The position numbers were made by a program, and so were the translations under genes. This document shows, piece after piece, positions 61,283 to 64,000 of a stretch of 64,000 nucleotides of DNA. The notes under the pieces are model-generated. The model had not been told where the DNA came from. It made no database searches and saw nothing but the letters and a program-made list of their open reading frames with translations. Within the stretch, counting starts at the first letter, position 1. The number at the start of each line of letters is the position of its first letter. The stretch lies in the NCBI GenBank assembly GCA_965209035.1, contig OZ242372.1:608001-672000 (forward strand). The letters are read 5' to 3'. This DNA comes from Gammaproteobacteria bacterium (GTDB lineage: Bacteria; Pseudomonadota; Gammaproteobacteria; CBDBNL01; JAAOII01).

Positions 61283-61654
61283 CTAACTTTCCTGAACTCG
61301 GTTCAGAAGATGTTGCACATAGGACTCTTCTTCCGGCGTGCGGTCGTAATGAAATACAAGGTTGGGGAGGAACTTAAGCGACAATAAAGGCGCCAGGTTG
61401 TGCCGAATAAACTGACTTTTTTCGTTCAGATCCCGGATGAGATCCGCAGGCTTAATCTTTGGGTCATCCGCAACACACCGGCAGTACACATTTGCAATCC
61501 GCAGATCATTGGTCATATTAATGAAACTCACGGTGATGCTTTGAGATTGAAAGTAAGAACTTTTGCGGTGGAGAATCTGTGTCAATGCCCGGATAAGAAC
61601 ATTTGCCACGCGGTCTTTGCGATGGGGGTCTTTTTTCACGGGCATCTCGAGCAT
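61283..61654 (-). CDS. rbfA: Ribosome-binding factor A
   Basis: R.DRVA...DLRIANVY...P.L.F.YD; between infB and truB. Confidence 0.92.
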   Translation of the reverse strand: MLEMPVKKDPHRKDRVANVLIRALTQILHRKSSYFQSQSITVSFINMTNDLRIANVYCRCVADDPKIKPADLIRDLNEKSQFIRHNLAPLLSLKFLPNLVFHYDRTPEEESYVQHLLNRVQES

Positions 61655-61693
61655 TTTATGCTTCTTTCCATCTTTCCAAAACCAAAAAAATTT

Positions 61694-64000
61694 TTAAGGA
61701 GAAGTCGGTAAGTTCTTGTCGTAGACCTCTATTTGATCGCCGGCACGCACATCTTTGTAGTCTTTAATGCCTATGCCGCATTCCACTTCTTTTTGGACTT
61801 CTTTGACATCTTCTTTAAATCTGCGCAGCGATTCGAGAACTCCTTGGTAAATGACTTTGTTATCACGCAGGACACGAATGGGTTTTTCTTTCAGGATCTT
61901 GCCTTCGATTACCATGCAGCCGGCTATCTGACCGTAAGTTTTTGCGCGAAATACTTCCTTCACTTCGGCAATGCCCAGTATCTTCTCCGTCCCGCGCAGC
62001 ATGGATTTTTCTTTAATGACGCGTTGCAATTCATTCCCCAGTTCGTAAATGACGCTGAAATACTGCACTCTTTCCACAAGATTGCGTTGCTTGATCAATT
62101 TCTTGGCCGCACTGTCCGGACGGACATTAAATCCGAGAATTAAGGCGTCGGTTGCTTCGGCAAGACTGACATCCGTGACATTGATCGCACCCGCGGACTT
62201 GGAAACAATATTCACTTCCAAGGAATTTTGGTCGTCCGCTTCGGCAATTACGGTATCCATCAAAGAGCCGATGGCTTCCAACGAACCCGAGACATCGGTT
62301 TTAAGAATTAAGTTGATCTTGGTAATGTGCGTTTGCTTGTCTTGCATAAACGCCACGGCGTCCGGCGCTCTCGGTCCGGATTGTGTGGTCTTTTTGGCAA
62401 GGTTTTGTTTTATTTCGGCAAGTTTGCGCGCTTCTTTCTCGGTCGCACAAACCAGGAAGGCATCGCCGGCGGACGGAACGCCGCTGAGACCGAAAATCTC
62501 CGCGGCTTCGGCCGGGCTGGCTTGCCCAATCGGTTTGCCTTGGTCGTCTCGCATAATTTTTATCCGTCCGTAGTGGGAGCCGCTGCTGATAATATCTCCT
62601 TTGTTGAGAACACCGTGACGCACCAGCAAGGTGGCGACGGTTCCCATGTTTTTGTCCAGACGGGATTCAAGCACTCTCCCTCTTGCGGGAATGTCCGTTG
62701 CGGCTTTTAAGTCCATGACTTCGGCTTGCACCAAAACGGACTGTAACAATTTGTCTATGTTGGTTCCTTCCTTGGCGGATATCTCCACGAACTGAACATC
62801 TCCGCCCCATTCCTCGGACTTAAGCCCGCGGGAGGCAAGTTCTTTGCGTATTTGCTCGGTATTCAAATCGGGTTTGTCTGTTTTTGTGAGCGCGACAACT
62901 ATCGGCTTTTCGGCAAGGGTGGCGTGCTTAATGGCTTCTTCTGTTTGCGGTTTGATGCCTTCGTCGGCCGCCACAACCAAAATGACGATATCGGTTACAC
63001 CGGCACCGCGCGCCCGCATGGCACTAAACGCGGCGTGGCCGGGCGTATCCATGAAAGTAATCTTTTGACCTTTTAGGTTGACCGTGTAGGCACCCAAGTG
63101 CTGGGTGATATTGCCCGCTTCGTTTTCCGCAAGTTTCGTTTTGCGGAGGTAGTCTAACAGGGTTGTCTTGCCGTGATCCACATGCCCCATCACTGTTACT
63201 ATGGGGGGGCGGGAGATCATCTTTGCATCGGCGGGAGGAGCATCAATGCGGCGTTCGGATATCTCTTCTTCGGTTTCCACCAATAACACCTTGTGTCCGA
63301 GTTCTTCCACCAAAAGCGATGCCGTATCCCGGTCCAGAAACCGTTCTTCCCCGACAGTATCCAGTTCGTCTTGCTTAATTTTTGCTTCAATTTTTTCGAC
63401 CTTTACCGCCAGTTGGGCGGCAAGATCTTCAAGGGCAATTTTGTCGCCCAAACGAATTTCTTTTTGTTTTTGAACGGCCGGTTTTACAAAGCCGTGCCTG
63501 GGAGCCACTTTAACACCATTGGCCTTGAACATCTCGCGCCGCAGGGATTGGGAGCCGGTGCGCGCACCGCCTTGTTTGTTCATCATTTCTTCTATCTCCG
63601 CGATATCGTCACTGGTGACACGAATGCCGTAACGCTGCACGGATTTGTCTATGATGGTTTGGATCTCTTGCGAGCGGGTGCGCTTGTTCTTTTTTTCTTT
63701 ACTTTGGGCCTGGGCTGCGTCACTCGCACCGGTCTTGACAGGATATTTTCGGACAGGTTTGGTTGCCGCTTTGGACGATATCGGGTAGGCGGGTCTGCCA
63801 CTTTTATTTGCTTCAAAAGAACTTCTATTTTTAAGGGGGTTTTTATTATTAAAGGATGTTTCCGGCCCTTTTGCGGAACGCATCGGTTTTTGGCCGACTC
63901 TTTGATATTCGCCGCTCTGGCGTCTTTGGGCATCCGCCGGGTTTTTGGCTGGAGTTTTTCCTCTGTTTTGACCGTGCGGTCCCGCCGAGGGCCGTGCCCC
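61694..64000 (-). CDS. infB: Translation initiation factor IF-2 (5' end beyond window)
   Basis: MGHVDHGKTTLLD, DTPGHAAF, SLRRFKEDV; frame open to the window edge. Confidence 0.98.
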   Translation of the reverse strand, partial: GARPSAGPHGQNRGKTPAKNPADAQRRQSGEYQRVGQKPMRSAKGPETSFNNKNPLKNRSSFEANKSGRPAYPISSKAATKPVRKYPVKTGASDAAQAQSKEKKNKRTRSQEIQTIIDKSVQRYGIRVTSDDIAEIEEMMNKQGGARTGSQSLRREMFKANGVKVAPRHGFVKPAVQKQKEIRLGDKIALEDLAAQLAVKVEKIEAKIKQDELDTVGEERFLDRDTASLLVEELGHKVLLVETEEEISERRIDAPPADAKMISRPPIVTVMGHVDHGKTTLLDYLRKTKLAENEAGNITQHLGAYTVNLKGQKITFMDTPGHAAFSAMRARGAGVTDIVILVVAADEGIKPQTEEAIKHATLAEKPIVVALTKTDKPDLNTEQIRKELASRGLKSEEWGGDVQFVEISAKEGTNIDKLLQSVLVQAEVMDLKAATDIPARGRVLESRLDKNMGTVATLLVRHGVLNKGDIISSGSHYGRIKIMRDDQGKPIGQASPAEAAEIFGLSGVPSAGDAFLVCATEKEARKLAEIKQNLAKKTTQSGPRAPDAVAFMQDKQTHITKINLILKTDVSGSLEAIGSLMDTVIAEADDQNSLEVNIVSKSAGAINVTDVSLAEATDALILGFNVRPDSAAKKLIKQRNLVERVQYFSVIYELGNELQRVIKEKSMLRGTEKILGIAEVKEVFRAKTYGQIAGCMVIEGKILKEKPIRVLRDNKVIYQGVLESLRRFKEDVKEVQKEVECGIGIKDYKDVRAGDQIEVYDKNLPTSP

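Overview
Chromosomal window of a Gammaproteobacterium. The gene neighbourhoods (sdhCDAB-sucA, pyrC-rnt, comEC-exbB-exbD-msbA-lpxK-kdsB, rplU-rpmA-obgE-proB) look Pseudomonadales/Oceanospirillales-like. A host-associated lifestyle is a guess from the TSP3/GLUG surface protein and the shuffled gene order. Most of the window is housekeeping genes. An accessory island between hisD and metG (~15.7-24.3 kb) holds a 1130-aa FN3/TSP3/GLUG surface lipoprotein, an IS481-family remnant, and a putative restriction-modification pair whose methyltransferase has an in-frame TGA. Divergently transcribed from that pair is a tandem array of three diverged Panacea (DUF4065/SocA-like) antitoxin genes followed by one membrane-protein putative toxin; this is the most interesting element. 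Other oddities: a triplicated parB 3' end, a 24-bp VNTR with half-parS motifs just upstream of parA, a frameshifted msbA, a second R-M-like pair with a heptamer SSR upstream, a 288-aa L21, a perfect 28-bp inverted repeat before rplU, widespread short micro-duplications and several apparently leaderless genes. No rRNA, tRNA or CRISPR array was recognised. All calls come from reading motifs by eye; no searches were run.
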